Assembly (NCBI GenBank): GCA_002441095.1
Contig: DJVG01000043.1
Span: forward strand, 2,254 to 66,253
Source of the DNA: Elusimicrobia bacterium UBA6262
Lineage (GTDB): Bacteria; CAYTYR01; UBA6262
DNA length: 64,000 nucleotides
Direction of reading: 5' to 3'
Of this stretch, positions 36,772 to 47,542 are shown piece after piece. A program made the position numbers and the translations under genes. Under the pieces are notes generated by a model. The model was not told where the DNA came from, made no database searches, and was given only the letters and a program-made list of their open reading frames with translations. Each line of letters opens with the position of its first letter. The first letter of the stretch is position 1.

Positions 36772-38009
36772 AACAGGCCTTCCAATAATTTTATCTCTTC
36801 ATTCATCCGTTGTTCCCAGGTCCATAATTTTTCCCGGGCGGTCTTTTTAACATTGGTTTGATATTTTCGCAGGGCCTGCTCATCAGCCAAGAGACGGTTC
36901 AATACTTCCGGCAGATGGTTTAAATCTTCTGCTTTGAGCAGGAACCCGTTTTCCCCGGAGATGATCAGTTCTTTGATCGCCTCATTCTCCATAGCCACTA
37001 TAGCTTTCCCGGCTGCCATAGCTTCAAACAATGAGTTATTGCAGTTGCTATACCGTCCAATATTGATATATACATCACTGGCCTGGACCAATTCCCGCAC
37101 ATATGATTTTTCCACAGTGCCGGTGAAGATGACCCGGTCAGCTATTTTTTGGCGGCACACATAATCCTGCAGTTTCTCCTGGTCTGGCCCGCTATGGGCG
37201 ATGATACAGGCGCACCGGGAATTCAGCCGTAATAATTCCGACAACTGGTAAATTAAAGTATCAGTGTTGTAAAAATAGTAGAGCCGCGAGGTGGAGATAA
37301 TAATTTTCCAATCCTGTTGCAATCCAAGCTTGGCCCGGATTTTGTTTTTTATTTCCGGGTCCGGCTGGTCAAAACCGAAATCCACGCCGTTACGCCAATG
37401 ATGGATCTTTTCTTCCTTTACTCCCAATTGCCTGGCCAGGATATCTGCTTTGGTCCCGTCCTTGGTGATGATCAGTTGATCAGCGGGAAGTTTAAACGCT
37501 ATAAAATCCCGGACTTCTTTTAGCCTGCTCCAAAAATGCTGATAACGCCAATACAGGTCCCTTGTACCATAAACCCGCAGGATAAACTTAGCCGCATAGA
37601 TGCGGCTGAGCAGCCAGGCGGCTGGCGCCGGGGACAGGTCATGGCAATAAATAAGCTGGGGTTTGGACTTACGCGCTATTTTTATGGCCCAGCCCAAACC
37701 ATAGGCCAGGAAAAACAGCCAGGTTAAATTATAAAGCAGTGTAGCCTGTATCCGGTTAAAAAACCGGTCAGTGCGGATATATCCGGCGAATAATTTAGCG
37801 CTGACATTGAACGGCAGGCGAATCCGATACAGGTGAATACCCTGGTAGGTACTGATCTCGGTTTGCTCTTTCCTGGACGGGCAGATAAAATGGACTTCAT
37901 GCCCGCGGTCCGCCAGGGCTTTTTGCGAGGCATAGATCGAAGGGATACCCTTGCCTTCGCCCGCCGGCCAAAGATCCAAATAGGAAAGACTGATGATCCG
38001 CATTAACAT
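36768..38009 (-). CDS. glycosyltransferase family 4 (GT-B)
   Basis: C-terminal NNSLFEAMAAGKAIVAMENEAIKELI motif. Confidence 0.75.
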   Translation of the reverse strand: MLMRIISLSYLDLWPAGEGKGIPSIYASQKALADRGHEVHFICPSRKEQTEISTYQGIHLYRIRLPFNVSAKLFAGYIRTDRFFNRIQATLLYNLTWLFFLAYGLGWAIKIARKSKPQLIYCHDLSPAPAAWLLSRIYAAKFILRVYGTRDLYWRYQHFWSRLKEVRDFIAFKLPADQLIITKDGTKADILARQLGVKEEKIHHWRNGVDFGFDQPDPEIKNKIRAKLGLQQDWKIIISTSRLYYFYNTDTLIYQLSELLRLNSRCACIIAHSGPDQEKLQDYVCRQKIADRVIFTGTVEKSYVRELVQASDVYINIGRYSNCNNSLFEAMAAGKAIVAMENEAIKELIISGENGFLLKAEDLNHLPEVLNRLLADEQALRKYQTNVKKTAREKLWTWEQRMNEEIKLLEGLL

Positions 38010-38018
38010 TAATTCCTT

Positions 38019-38831
38019 TTAAACAGGTTTAGTAAATTCGGCTATAAACGAATATCCCTGCCGGTTTCCTGAAAGATACCAGTCCAGCCTGACTGCTATC
38101 CAAAAAAGAATGAACCGCAAAGTCCACAAACCTTTTACTCCGTAGGTAATATCCGTAGCCAGGGCCCCGTATTTTTGTAAAAAATACCTATACCCGGCTA
38201 ATTGCAGAAATGGCTTGGCTTTTTCTTCCAATCCCTGCACATCATATTGATGATAGATATTATAACATTTACTGATCGTTTCATTATCAGCCTCATACCA
38301 TTTGATATTCCCTTTAAAATAAACCCGGTACATGAACCTGGGGATGAGCTTTTTTATCCTGGTTTGTGCCTTGAACAGGATTGACGAACAGGTATAGCGC
38401 CAGGGAGTAGTGATCACTAACCGGCCCCCGGGCTTAAGCACCCGGGCAATTTCAGCTAAAGCCTCCCGGTCACGCTCGATCTGCGGTAAAGCATCCATAC
38501 ATACTACCAGGTCGAAAGTCCCTTCGGCAAAGGGCATTTTCAGGATATCTCCCAAGGTGAAATCGATCCTGTCCTTGAATTTACTGCGGCTCTTTTTATC
38601 CTCTGCCAGCAGGAGATCATTACTGGAAATATCCAAGCCGACGACCTTACGGCATCTTGCGGCTAATTTGACCGAGACATACCCTTCTCCGCAAGCCAGG
38701 TCCAATACTACCGCGGCTTTGGGAATAACCGCCCATTTAAAAAAAATATAATACCGCGGCAGCCAGCTGGTGAATGGAAAAATATTTTCCCGGATGTATC
38801 TTTTAAAATTGTTCAGCAAATTAGCCCTCAA
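38019..38831 (-). CDS. class I SAM-dependent methyltransferase
   Basis: VLDLACGEGYVS motif I; LKPGGRLVITT motif. Confidence 0.7.
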   Translation of the reverse strand: MRANLLNNFKRYIRENIFPFTSWLPRYYIFFKWAVIPKAAVVLDLACGEGYVSVKLAARCRKVVGLDISSNDLLLAEDKKSRSKFKDRIDFTLGDILKMPFAEGTFDLVVCMDALPQIERDREALAEIARVLKPGGRLVITTPWRYTCSSILFKAQTRIKKLIPRFMYRVYFKGNIKWYEADNETISKCYNIYHQYDVQGLEEKAKPFLQLAGYRYFLQKYGALATDITYGVKGLWTLRFILFWIAVRLDWYLSGNRQGYSFIAEFTKPV

Positions 38832-39496
38832 GGAACTATTTTATACAAAATGTATTTTGTCCCGACCACTTCTATGCGCTCGGTGACCTTTAATACTGTG
38901 CAATTATATTTAGCAAATGTCTGTTCATTGAATAAATACCGGTGCTCGCCTTTCCAATACAATCTTGGGTCAGTGAATTTTTCACCGTAAGGGGTGCTGA
39001 TATATACCGCCCGGGTAACTGCTTTGAGGCACTTGTCAATGATCGGGAACGGGTCATCAAAATGCTCCAGGATATGGATCAGGGAAATGTAGTCATATTT
39101 TTGGGGAATATCCTGTTTATTCAGGTCAAAAGTAAAATATTCTATATCCTGGCTCTTTGACCGCGCTTTTTCAATACCCACCTGGCTCAGGTCAGCGCCA
39201 GAGATATCTGCCAGTGGAAAATGTTTTTTCAGCAGCCGGCAACCATCGCCTAAGGCGCAGCCAATATCCAAAAGAGTGAATTTTTCTTTTTTCGGCAATT
39301 CTTCCAGCAAGAACTGGTACGGGAAATCCCGCCAAAAATCACCGCGGGCATGCAGGTATTTATCCCAATAGTGTTTGGTATTGACATTGGTGATCTTCCT
39401 GGCCAGGTTGCCTACTTTGTAGTTGGTCAGCCGGTCAAGATATTTAACTGCATCTACTACCGCCCTGTATATTCGGCCCAAATATCCCTGCCCCAT
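38828..39496 (-). CDS. class I SAM-dependent methyltransferase
   Basis: LLDIGCALGDG motif I. Confidence 0.65.
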   Translation of the reverse strand: MGQGYLGRIYRAVVDAVKYLDRLTNYKVGNLARKITNVNTKHYWDKYLHARGDFWRDFPYQFLLEELPKKEKFTLLDIGCALGDGCRLLKKHFPLADISGADLSQVGIEKARSKSQDIEYFTFDLNKQDIPQKYDYISLIHILEHFDDPFPIIDKCLKAVTRAVYISTPYGEKFTDPRLYWKGEHRYLFNEQTFAKYNCTVLKVTERIEVVGTKYILYKIVP

Positions 39497-39497
39497 T

Positions 39498-40967
39498 TTA
39501 TTCCCCTCTCCGGGTAAGCTTATGTATTAATTCGGTTATTTCCCTGTAAGTTTGCCGGTTAAAAATGAATAAGCTATAAGCGTAAAAACCCGCCCCGGCT
39601 ACTATTGACTGGAGAACGAACCAGAGATTGGGCAGGGTAATAATATTTGCCTGGACCCAGATCAAGACCGCTATCCCACCCGCCATCGCCAGGGAAGCAA
39701 TCACCGCAGGCACTAAAGCTTTAAGATACTTGCGCAAGCCCAGATGGATCACTTTTTTCACCATGATCTGCCCGATAATATTCATCACGACCGCGTATAC
39801 AGCCAGAGCAGAAGTAACTCCAACCAGGCCATATTTTTTACCGGAAAAGATCGCTATAATTACGCCACCCAGGCTGATCAGGCAATATTTCAGCGAATAA
39901 TCAGGCCGGCCTACCGCTTCAAATACCGTGCCAATGAATGTAGTTAAGGAAAAACAAATACCAGACACGCATAATATACGTAAAGGAGTAACTATGGGCA
40001 GCCATTTATCAGAATATACCAGCGTAATGAACTGCGGGGCCAAAAGCATCAAGCCGATCAGGATCGGGAAATTGATCACTGCGGCACAACGGATAATTTT
40101 CAGGTATCCCTGGCGTACTTCTTCCAGGTCGTCCTGCATCCGGGAAAAAGCCGGGAAAGCAATATTAGAAATTATCAAAGATAGCTTTTGCCTGGGAAAA
40201 TTAGCCAATAAACTAGACAGTGAATAAAAACCCAGGGTAGCGGTGCCTAAATATTTTCCTATCAGGACCACATCCAGGTTACCGGTAAAATAATTAATGA
40301 CCTTGAAGCCAAGGATATTCCGGCCATACTGGAACAAGTCCAAAAAACCTTCTTTATCGATAGTGAACCGCGGGCGGAAAGAGCTCCTGCCCCACAACTG
40401 CGTGACCCGGACTACGCTGGAGGCGAGGTATCCCCACCCTACCGCCACTATGCCAAACCCGGAAATTACCAGGGTCAGGGTTACCGTACTATATACCAGG
40501 TTGGACCAGATATCAATAATGGCCAGTTTACGGAAAGCCAATGCTCTCTTGAGCGTCGCTTCATGGACGATACCAAAAGAGTCCACAAAGTATTTACCGG
40601 CAATGATTATCACCAGGGCAGTGATCGTCTGGTTTTTAAAATACAGGGCAATAAGAGGCGAAGCAGAAACAGCCGCGAGCACGAACAAAACACCGATGCA
40701 AATACAGATCCAAAAAGGAGCGTTAAGATGCCGCGGCTCCAGTTCCTTTCTTTGGACAATAGCCGAACTCATGCCTAATTCATTAAAAACTATCGCCAGG
40801 TTGGCAAAAACCATGGCTACGCTCAAGGCCCCAAAACTGGTCGGCGGCAATAACCTGGCCAAGATGGCCCAAACCACGAACTGGAACAGGTAATTCAGTC
40901 CCTGGCCGGCAGTGACCCACTTTAACCCTTGGGTTACATTTTTTTTAATTTCCTGCTGGTCGCTCAT
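39498..40967 (-). CDS. wzx: polysaccharide flippase Wzx (MOP superfamily)
   Basis: 489 aa, ~12-14 TM helices, typical Wzx topology. Confidence 0.75.
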   Translation of the reverse strand: MSDQQEIKKNVTQGLKWVTAGQGLNYLFQFVVWAILARLLPPTSFGALSVAMVFANLAIVFNELGMSSAIVQRKELEPRHLNAPFWICICIGVLFVLAAVSASPLIALYFKNQTITALVIIIAGKYFVDSFGIVHEATLKRALAFRKLAIIDIWSNLVYSTVTLTLVISGFGIVAVGWGYLASSVVRVTQLWGRSSFRPRFTIDKEGFLDLFQYGRNILGFKVINYFTGNLDVVLIGKYLGTATLGFYSLSSLLANFPRQKLSLIISNIAFPAFSRMQDDLEEVRQGYLKIIRCAAVINFPILIGLMLLAPQFITLVYSDKWLPIVTPLRILCVSGICFSLTTFIGTVFEAVGRPDYSLKYCLISLGGVIIAIFSGKKYGLVGVTSALAVYAVVMNIIGQIMVKKVIHLGLRKYLKALVPAVIASLAMAGGIAVLIWVQANIITLPNLWFVLQSIVAGAGFYAYSLFIFNRQTYREITELIHKLTRRGE

Positions 40968-41968
40968 TTCATCCCTGCTCCTGAAACATTATAGGCAAAC
41001 TCAGCGATACTAAAATCCAGAGCCGCTATCCTCTTTAATTGGAAAATATCATCTACTGCTGTATTCAAACCGGCCGCGCGTCCAAAACTGCACAGGCCGC
41101 CGCTTTTTTTAATTTTTTCCAGCACTTTGCCGTCACCCGAGCTGAAAGGCAAAGCAAAAGCGATCTCCTGCTGGCTGGTTAAATTCCTGATGAAAGCTAT
41201 TGACTCGGTTATTTCCTGATCCACCTGCTGTTCACTTAGTTCTGTCATATCGCTGTGGGAAACGGTATGCGCCCCCAGCTCAATACCAGCGCCGGCTAAT
41301 AATTTCAGATCTTCAGCTGTAAGGTAAAACTCTCCGGATACCAGTTGTTTGCTGACCCCTAAAGTTTTACTGATCGCCCCAACTGCTCCCAGGCGTTCAG
41401 CGGCAGGCAACTTACGGATCGCCTCAAGTAAGCCAATGATCGACTGGTATTTCTCTTCATCCCCACTTAAATCCAGGGGCACAGTTTTATTGCCGACACT
41501 AATCAATGCTTTTTTCCCGCCTGCTTCATCCAAGATATAATACAACTGGTGCTGCCAATGGACCGCTTCTAAAAAACTTTTTGGGAAAAATATCGTGACC
41601 GGTACTTCATATTTTTTTATGACCGGCCAGGCCAGGATCAAAAAATCCTTGTATCCATCATCAAACGTTACTACGGCACAGTTAGCCAGGCTCTCTCCTG
41701 ACTTTTTCCGCCGAACGCATTCTGCCAGGCTGACCAGGCGATATTTTCTTTTTAAATACTTTATTTGTTTTTCAAAGTTGCTGACGCTTACCGTCAATCC
41801 TCTCAACCGGAAAGAAGAACTGACCCGGGGCAGGACAGAGTCGTCTACCACCCGGTGATATACCAGTATCGGGAATCTTCCCTGCCAGCTCTGCCACCGG
41901 CGGACTAATTCAAAAATACCGGCATAATATCCGGCGGCCAGGATCATACTCTTAACTACTCTCCCCAC
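40964..41968 (-). CDS. polysaccharide deacetylase (NodB homology, CE4)
   Basis: AVVTFDDGYKDF motif 1, HTVSHSD motif. Confidence 0.75.
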   Translation of the reverse strand: MGRVVKSMILAAGYYAGIFELVRRWQSWQGRFPILVYHRVVDDSVLPRVSSSFRLRGLTVSVSNFEKQIKYLKRKYRLVSLAECVRRKKSGESLANCAVVTFDDGYKDFLILAWPVIKKYEVPVTIFFPKSFLEAVHWQHQLYYILDEAGGKKALISVGNKTVPLDLSGDEEKYQSIIGLLEAIRKLPAAERLGAVGAISKTLGVSKQLVSGEFYLTAEDLKLLAGAGIELGAHTVSHSDMTELSEQQVDQEITESIAFIRNLTSQQEIAFALPFSSGDGKVLEKIKKSGGLCSFGRAAGLNTAVDDIFQLKRIAALDFSIAEFAYNVSGAGMK

Positions 41969-41980
41969 TTTTTGCCTCTC

Positions 41981-43144
41981 TTACTGCCGTAATTTATTCC
42001 AGATAATTCCGGCTATGATCCCGGAAACATTTTTATCCCGGTTGATAAAAATATTATTAAACATGTTTTTCCGTTGTTCGCGGAAATTATCCCGCCCTTT
42101 TACCGCCTTATCTATTTCTTCGAGCATCTCTGGGACAGTCTCTACTACTTCTCCCAAAACCCAGCTTAAATAATACCGGTTATTACGCCAAACAACTTTT
42201 TTGGTATTGAAGAACAGGACCGGCTTATCAAAATACAGCCATTCAAAAACACTGCTGCTGACATCAGTAATATAAATATCCGCCGCGGCCATATAATCCA
42301 GGTTGGTCTTTGACCGTTCAGCAATGACGATATCTGGCAGGTTGCCCAACTTCGCCAACAGCGGCTGTATTCTCCTGGCCAGATCAGGATGAGGCATAAA
42401 GATTATATTATATTTCCTGCCGGCACTTAAAGCTTCAAGTAATTCCCTGCCCTGGTCAAAAAAGGAAGTTACCTGCGGGTCGAAATGAGGATTATACATT
42501 ACCACCGGCTTAGTCTCCCGGAACAGGGCTGACGCGCCGGCCTGGTGATAGCGCAAATAATCCAGTTTGGCATACCCGGCGATAACTGCGTTACTAAGAG
42601 GGCCTACTCTTTCTGCCAATTCCTGCTTTTCCTTTTCTCCCGGTAATAGCAGCAGGTCATAATCATGCAAATGCGGGTCATCGCCGAATTTGCGGTTGAC
42701 AAAGCCATGCGGCAAATATATCCAAAAAGTCTTAACTCCTAACTGCCGGAAAACATTATCAAAAAAATCAGTGACCACTACTGCTTTGGGCAGGTGCATG
42801 CGCAAACGGCACAAAAAAACAAACCAGTTAACATTAAAATCTATGCGGTTATAACCTGGATGGCGTATTTTAATAAATTTAACGCGGTTGGGAATGGCCG
42901 CCAGTTCCGCTGCGATGATCTTACTGGCCTCCGCGCTGGTGCTCAGCACCACTACTTCATTTTCAGATTGCAGATTGGAGAGCTCAATAGCGACAAAGAG
43001 CGAATGATAGATATGATGGATAGACTGGTTATAGCAAAAATAGATCCGCGGCGGTAGCGGCCGGATTTTCCGGTAAAGGTTGAGGCTGCCGGTTAAAAGA
43101 ATAGCTATAATTCTTATTACTATTTTTTTTACGCTTTTATGCAT
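41981..43144 (-). CDS. CDP-glycerol glycerophosphotransferase (TagB/TagF family)
   Basis: LPHGF, YNPHFDP, DIYITDVSSSVFEWLYFDKPVLFF blocks characteristic of Glyphos_transf. Confidence 0.7.
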   Translation of the reverse strand: MHKSVKKIVIRIIAILLTGSLNLYRKIRPLPPRIYFCYNQSIHHIYHSLFVAIELSNLQSENEVVVLSTSAEASKIIAAELAAIPNRVKFIKIRHPGYNRIDFNVNWFVFLCRLRMHLPKAVVVTDFFDNVFRQLGVKTFWIYLPHGFVNRKFGDDPHLHDYDLLLLPGEKEKQELAERVGPLSNAVIAGYAKLDYLRYHQAGASALFRETKPVVMYNPHFDPQVTSFFDQGRELLEALSAGRKYNIIFMPHPDLARRIQPLLAKLGNLPDIVIAERSKTNLDYMAAADIYITDVSSSVFEWLYFDKPVLFFNTKKVVWRNNRYYLSWVLGEVVETVPEMLEEIDKAVKGRDNFREQRKNMFNNIFINRDKNVSGIIAGIIWNKLRQ

Positions 43145-44534
43145 GGGCTCCTTCAGGACTCTCTGCCATAAGTTTAGGCAAAGCTATTACCATGGCAGCC
43201 ATGAACCAAAAAGGTTCCATGATGCGGATCAGGATGAATGATTCCGCGGAAAAAGCATGGAATAATAAACCGACGAACCCGGCGATAAAGCCCAGACTTA
43301 AGCCCTGGGCAAAGTTATCCCCTTTGGTTAAGATAAAAGTTTGCTTGCCAGCCCGGTAGATACGGAACATCAGCCAAAGATAAATAGCAAAGCCGATCGT
43401 GCCTACTTCCCTGATGACCCGGGCATACTGGTTATCAACGACAGAACCAGCCGGGACACCGTATCCCAAAAACGGCCGTTTGACCCATTTATTAAAAGCG
43501 TAGGTCCAGCTCTCCACCCGGCTCACTGCTGACTGGTCCAGCGTGAATTTTTTCCCCAGGACAGCATATTGCTGCGACCCGGGCACATCCTTAATAAAAG
43601 TCTGGGCAATGCGCTCTTGGACTTGCCGGGGGAACAGGACCGGCATCAGCAAGAACAGCGAAAGCAAAGCCAGCAGGAGCATCCCTTTTTTTCTCCTGGT
43701 CAATAAAACCAGGGTCAAGCACATCGGGAAAAAAGCGATCCAGGCACCGCGGGAAAGAGTAAATAAAAAAGGAGGAATGATACAGCTGATCACACCCAGC
43801 AGCAGGAGTTGTCGTTTCCAGGCAGTTTCATACAAGAATAATCCCAAAGCCAGGCTCATCATCAGCAGCAGGTATCCGCCTAGCGTATTAGCCTCCCCGG
43901 TCTTTCCTTCAAACGGAGCAGAGACCCGCGCCAAATGCTGGACATTGAGCCAGGCATAGAGGCAAACCGCTACGCAGGTAAGTAACAGGAAAAACACAAA
44001 TATTTTGGATTGCTTGACGGAGCGCAGGTTGTTGGTCACCATAAAGAACAGAATATAATATTCTACATACTTTAAGAGATAAAAAAAGCTTTGCTGGAGT
44101 TTAACATTCCCTTCCAGCGCCCCCAGCAGGGAAGCTACGACACTAACAGTAAAATATAAAATGATCGGGGTATTTAAAGACGTAGGTTGTAATAGTCCTG
44201 TTTCCTTATTAATGGCTATCCTGGCCAGCCAGCCGAAAAAAATAACAAATATCAACGCGTCATCAAACCTGAAGGTCACACTGCGGCCGGTGATCGCCCC
44301 GAGATAAAACTCAGGCGATAACAGCATGGCCAGGATCAGGATGATCAACGCCAGGTCAGGCTTGAGTAAAGCGACCAGGAATAAGCTGAGAGATATTATT
44401 ATGAGTACGGGAAGATAAGGAGGAAGTTTGTAGACCATTACGCCGATAATCAGGAAAATGACCAATAATAATATATATATTATGCCGCTGAGGCGCGTTT
44501 GTCCGCTATTGGAGGCCATGTCATTGTCACGCAT
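43137..44534 (-). CDS. O-antigen polymerase/ligase-like membrane protein (Wzy_C family)
   Basis: 465 aa, ~11 TM with large loop; position between TagF-like and Wzc-like. Confidence 0.6.
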   Translation of the reverse strand: MRDNDMASNSGQTRLSGIIYILLLVIFLIIGVMVYKLPPYLPVLIIISLSLFLVALLKPDLALIILILAMLLSPEFYLGAITGRSVTFRFDDALIFVIFFGWLARIAINKETGLLQPTSLNTPIILYFTVSVVASLLGALEGNVKLQQSFFYLLKYVEYYILFFMVTNNLRSVKQSKIFVFFLLLTCVAVCLYAWLNVQHLARVSAPFEGKTGEANTLGGYLLLMMSLALGLFLYETAWKRQLLLLGVISCIIPPFLFTLSRGAWIAFFPMCLTLVLLTRRKKGMLLLALLSLFLLMPVLFPRQVQERIAQTFIKDVPGSQQYAVLGKKFTLDQSAVSRVESWTYAFNKWVKRPFLGYGVPAGSVVDNQYARVIREVGTIGFAIYLWLMFRIYRAGKQTFILTKGDNFAQGLSLGFIAGFVGLLFHAFSAESFILIRIMEPFWFMAAMVIALPKLMAESPEGAHA

Positions 44535-46477
44535 TAGTTTGTTTTCAACTGCTTATCCGGATTTTTATCAGCTTTGGATTCATTATATTTATATTTATAA
44601 TAATAGGGATAATTGGCCACGATCTCGGTGCCTGGTTTAATATGATTTAAAACTATACCGATGATCTTCCCGCCAGCAGATTCGATCTGCGATTTTGTCC
44701 GGAGCAGGGCGCTGCGGGCGGTTTTGCCCGCTTCGTATACCAGGAGTACCCCGTCTACTTTGTCGGCCAGCAGCATCGCGTCAGCGATCGGCAGGACCGG
44801 AGGAGAATCAAAGAGCACAAAATCAAACTTTCTTCTCAATTCAGCCATTAATTTTATCATATCCTGGGAATTGAGCAGTTCTGCCGGCCGCGCCGGTATG
44901 TGCCCCGCTCCTAATATAAATATGTTTTCAATACCTGGCGTTTTCAGGATATCCTCCATGCTCATGCTGCCCAGCATAATATCAGAAATCGTGCTTACCA
45001 CTTTACCCAAATCCATAACTTTGGTTAGGACTTCATTTAATCCCGGCTCCTCATTCAAGCCAAAGCTCTTAGCCACGGTCGGCCGCCTCAAGTCAGAAGA
45101 GACCAGCAGGACCTTGGCCCCGGTTTGGGCGATAGTCAATCCCAAATTAGTGATCAAGGTGCTTTTACCTTCGCGCGGACCGGCGCTTGTCACCATCAGG
45201 GTCTTCAGAGCGGGACTTAATTTGAGGTTAGTGCGGACCGACCGGTAGGCCTCTGCTAAAATAGAATTAGGCTCATAATGGACAATGAGGCGCATATAGT
45301 ATTCGCTGAGATGCCTTTTCCGGGAGGGGAAAAATGATAATAAAGGCCGTTTATAAAAAGGTCCGTCGTCATCCCCCCATTTGCTTTTCATTGAAGGGAC
45401 GACCCCAACCACCGGCAGTTTGGCAAAATTTTCGACATCTTCAATGGTCCCGATCGAGGTATCCAGGTTCTCTACAATAAAAGCGAAGATCAATCCCAGG
45501 ATCAATCCGATCAATCCCCCTAACAGCAGCCCGGTCCTCCGGTCAGTCCCCATGATCGTGATCGGATGGACAGCCGGGTCAACGATAGTGACATCACCGA
45601 CTTTTTGGGCCTCGGTGATCCTGGCTTCTTCCAGTTTTTCTTTCAGCATGGAATAGAGTTTCTGGTTTACTTCCACTTCCCGGCTCAGCCGGGCATATTC
45701 CAGCTCTTTTTGCGAAAAACCTTTCAGCTGGTACTCTAACTCCCTGATCTGTTCCTTTAGCTGCTGTACCTGCGGATGTTTTTCCGTGTACCTTTGCAGC
45801 AGGGAAATAAGCTCTACCTGCAGATCCACCAGTTTTTGCTGGATCGGGGAATTCATTTTAATATTCCCGGTTTGATTCTGGAATTTACTTAACTTTTCTT
45901 CTGCCTCCAGTAAACGGCTTTCCAAAGCCCCCAATTGTTCTTCAATGAACTGGCGGGTAGCCTGAGCCTGTTTTTTCTTTTGGAACAGGTTTTCCTCGAC
46001 ATATGCCTGCGCCACCATATTGGCCAGCTCCATCGCCCCTGCAGGGTCAGCGGCTTTCGTCGTGATCTGGATAATATTAGTAGCCCGGATGGTTTCAGCA
46101 AATACATTATTCTGTAGTTCCGTGATCACGGAATTTATTTTCTCCAGCGGGCTGTCAGCGGTGATCATTCCCAGGCGCAGGGCCGCCTTTTTGATCACCG
46201 GGAATCCTTTTATATCCTTGGCGGCTGATTCCATGACATCGGCTGGGTTTACTTCCACCCATTCAGTCAGCAATCCAGCCAGGGTCTTTCGTTCTTCTAT
46301 TTTAATAGTAGCTTTAGCTTGATAAGAGGGCACTTGACGGGAAACATAAAGCCAGGCGAATACTATAGCAGCTAAAGTGGTGAGAAAAATGATCAATCTT
46401 CTTTTGCGGAGAATACGTATGTAATCGCTGAGGCTCAATGGGTACTGTGGCAAAGATATCTCCTGGTATAATTTCAT
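44534..46477 (-). CDS. polysaccharide co-polymerase / BY-kinase (Wzc-like: Wzz domain + P-loop tyrosine kinase domain)
   Basis: N-terminal TM + Wzz region + coiled coil + second TM; C-terminal Walker A SAGPREGKST, Walker A' LLVSSD, Walker B FVLFDSPPV. Confidence 0.8.
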   Translation of the reverse strand: MKLYQEISLPQYPLSLSDYIRILRKRRLIIFLTTLAAIVFAWLYVSRQVPSYQAKATIKIEERKTLAGLLTEWVEVNPADVMESAAKDIKGFPVIKKAALRLGMITADSPLEKINSVITELQNNVFAETIRATNIIQITTKAADPAGAMELANMVAQAYVEENLFQKKKQAQATRQFIEEQLGALESRLLEAEEKLSKFQNQTGNIKMNSPIQQKLVDLQVELISLLQRYTEKHPQVQQLKEQIRELEYQLKGFSQKELEYARLSREVEVNQKLYSMLKEKLEEARITEAQKVGDVTIVDPAVHPITIMGTDRRTGLLLGGLIGLILGLIFAFIVENLDTSIGTIEDVENFAKLPVVGVVPSMKSKWGDDDGPFYKRPLLSFFPSRKRHLSEYYMRLIVHYEPNSILAEAYRSVRTNLKLSPALKTLMVTSAGPREGKSTLITNLGLTIAQTGAKVLLVSSDLRRPTVAKSFGLNEEPGLNEVLTKVMDLGKVVSTISDIMLGSMSMEDILKTPGIENIFILGAGHIPARPAELLNSQDMIKLMAELRRKFDFVLFDSPPVLPIADAMLLADKVDGVLLVYEAGKTARSALLRTKSQIESAGGKIIGIVLNHIKPGTEIVANYPYYYKYKYNESKADKNPDKQLKTN

Positions 46478-46493
46478 TATACGTACAGGATGT

Positions 46494-47447
46494 CTACCAA
46501 TTATGAATGGTCTGCGTCGTATACAATCCCTGGGCTATCGGACTCAATATCTGCGTCATGACATAGCTGACATTGGAAATGAAGGTTCTGGGTATATAGA
46601 CAATATCTTCCGGCTCCAGGAGCATGTTCTGGCTCAGGTCGCCCTTCTTCATGGCCTTTACCAGGTCGAGACGGTAACCGACCGGCTTTTGCAAACCACC
46701 CCTGATCAAAACTACGCTGGACATGACCGCGTCCTTCGTATAACCATTGGCCAGGGCGACCAGTTCCAGGACGCTGCTTTTACCGGTTACCGCATAAACT
46801 CCCGGTTTATTCACTTCGCCCAGCAAAATAACTTTCTTGCCGCCGATCTTCCTGATAGTGACCGATACTTCGGGATACTTAATATAATCTTTTAATTTTT
46901 CCGTGATCAACTGGTCCAGCTGGCTCACGCTTAAACCCTCTGCCTGCACATCACCGATCAGCAGGACCGCTATTTTACCGTCTTGGCGCACGGCTGCTTC
47001 CTGGTCCAGGTCCTTATTCTGCCACACCGAAATAAAGAGTATATCATCTACCCCGATTATATACTCAGCACGGGCACTGGCAGCAGCCGGTGCTGACGAT
47101 ATGGCGACGGTATTATTTTGCGGTAGCGGGCCATCGGCCTGGGCTAAGGCCAGATCTTCCTTATCTTTGATCTTCATTTCTGCTTTTTTTATAAAATCCT
47201 GGGCATAAGCAGTATAGATCAGCTTAAAATTCCGCTCTAGTTCGATCACCTGGCTAAAGTTTACTATCGCTGAAGAATAACTGCCTTTTTGCATATTCTC
47301 TTTGCCAGCCTGGTAATAGGCTTCAATTTGCGATAATTTTTCCTGCTCCCCCACATTCATTCCCTGGGCTGGGCTTGAAAAGGAACAATTTACCCAAATT
47401 GCCAGCAGTAATAAACACTGCCACGGGTGAACTTTACGGTTCATCAA
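46494..47447 (-). CDS. polysaccharide export protein (Wza/EpsE-like, SLBB domains)
   Basis: signal peptide; YIIGVDDILFISVW...KIAVLLIGDVQAEGLSVSQL polysaccharide-export-protein motifs. Confidence 0.7.
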   Translation of the reverse strand: MMNRKVHPWQCLLLLAIWVNCSFSSPAQGMNVGEQEKLSQIEAYYQAGKENMQKGSYSSAIVNFSQVIELERNFKLIYTAYAQDFIKKAEMKIKDKEDLALAQADGPLPQNNTVAISSAPAAASARAEYIIGVDDILFISVWQNKDLDQEAAVRQDGKIAVLLIGDVQAEGLSVSQLDQLITEKLKDYIKYPEVSVTIRKIGGKKVILLGEVNKPGVYAVTGKSSVLELVALANGYTKDAVMSSVVLIRGGLQKPVGYRLDLVKAMKKGDLSQNMLLEPEDIVYIPRTFISNVSYVMTQILSPIAQGLYTTQTIHNW

Positions 47448-47542
47448 TACATTCCTTTTAGCGAGATACTTTCATGTTAATATACCACTATTACAAAAGC
47501 TTTGTCAAATAATCTTTATTGTGCTATATTTACTAACAAACC

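Noticed and set aside
22798-47447. Exosortase/PEP-CTERM system
   Set aside because: Wzc-, Wza- and ExeA-like components are present. However, no exosortase (EpsH/XrtA) or PEP-CTERM protein was recognised in any frame within the window.
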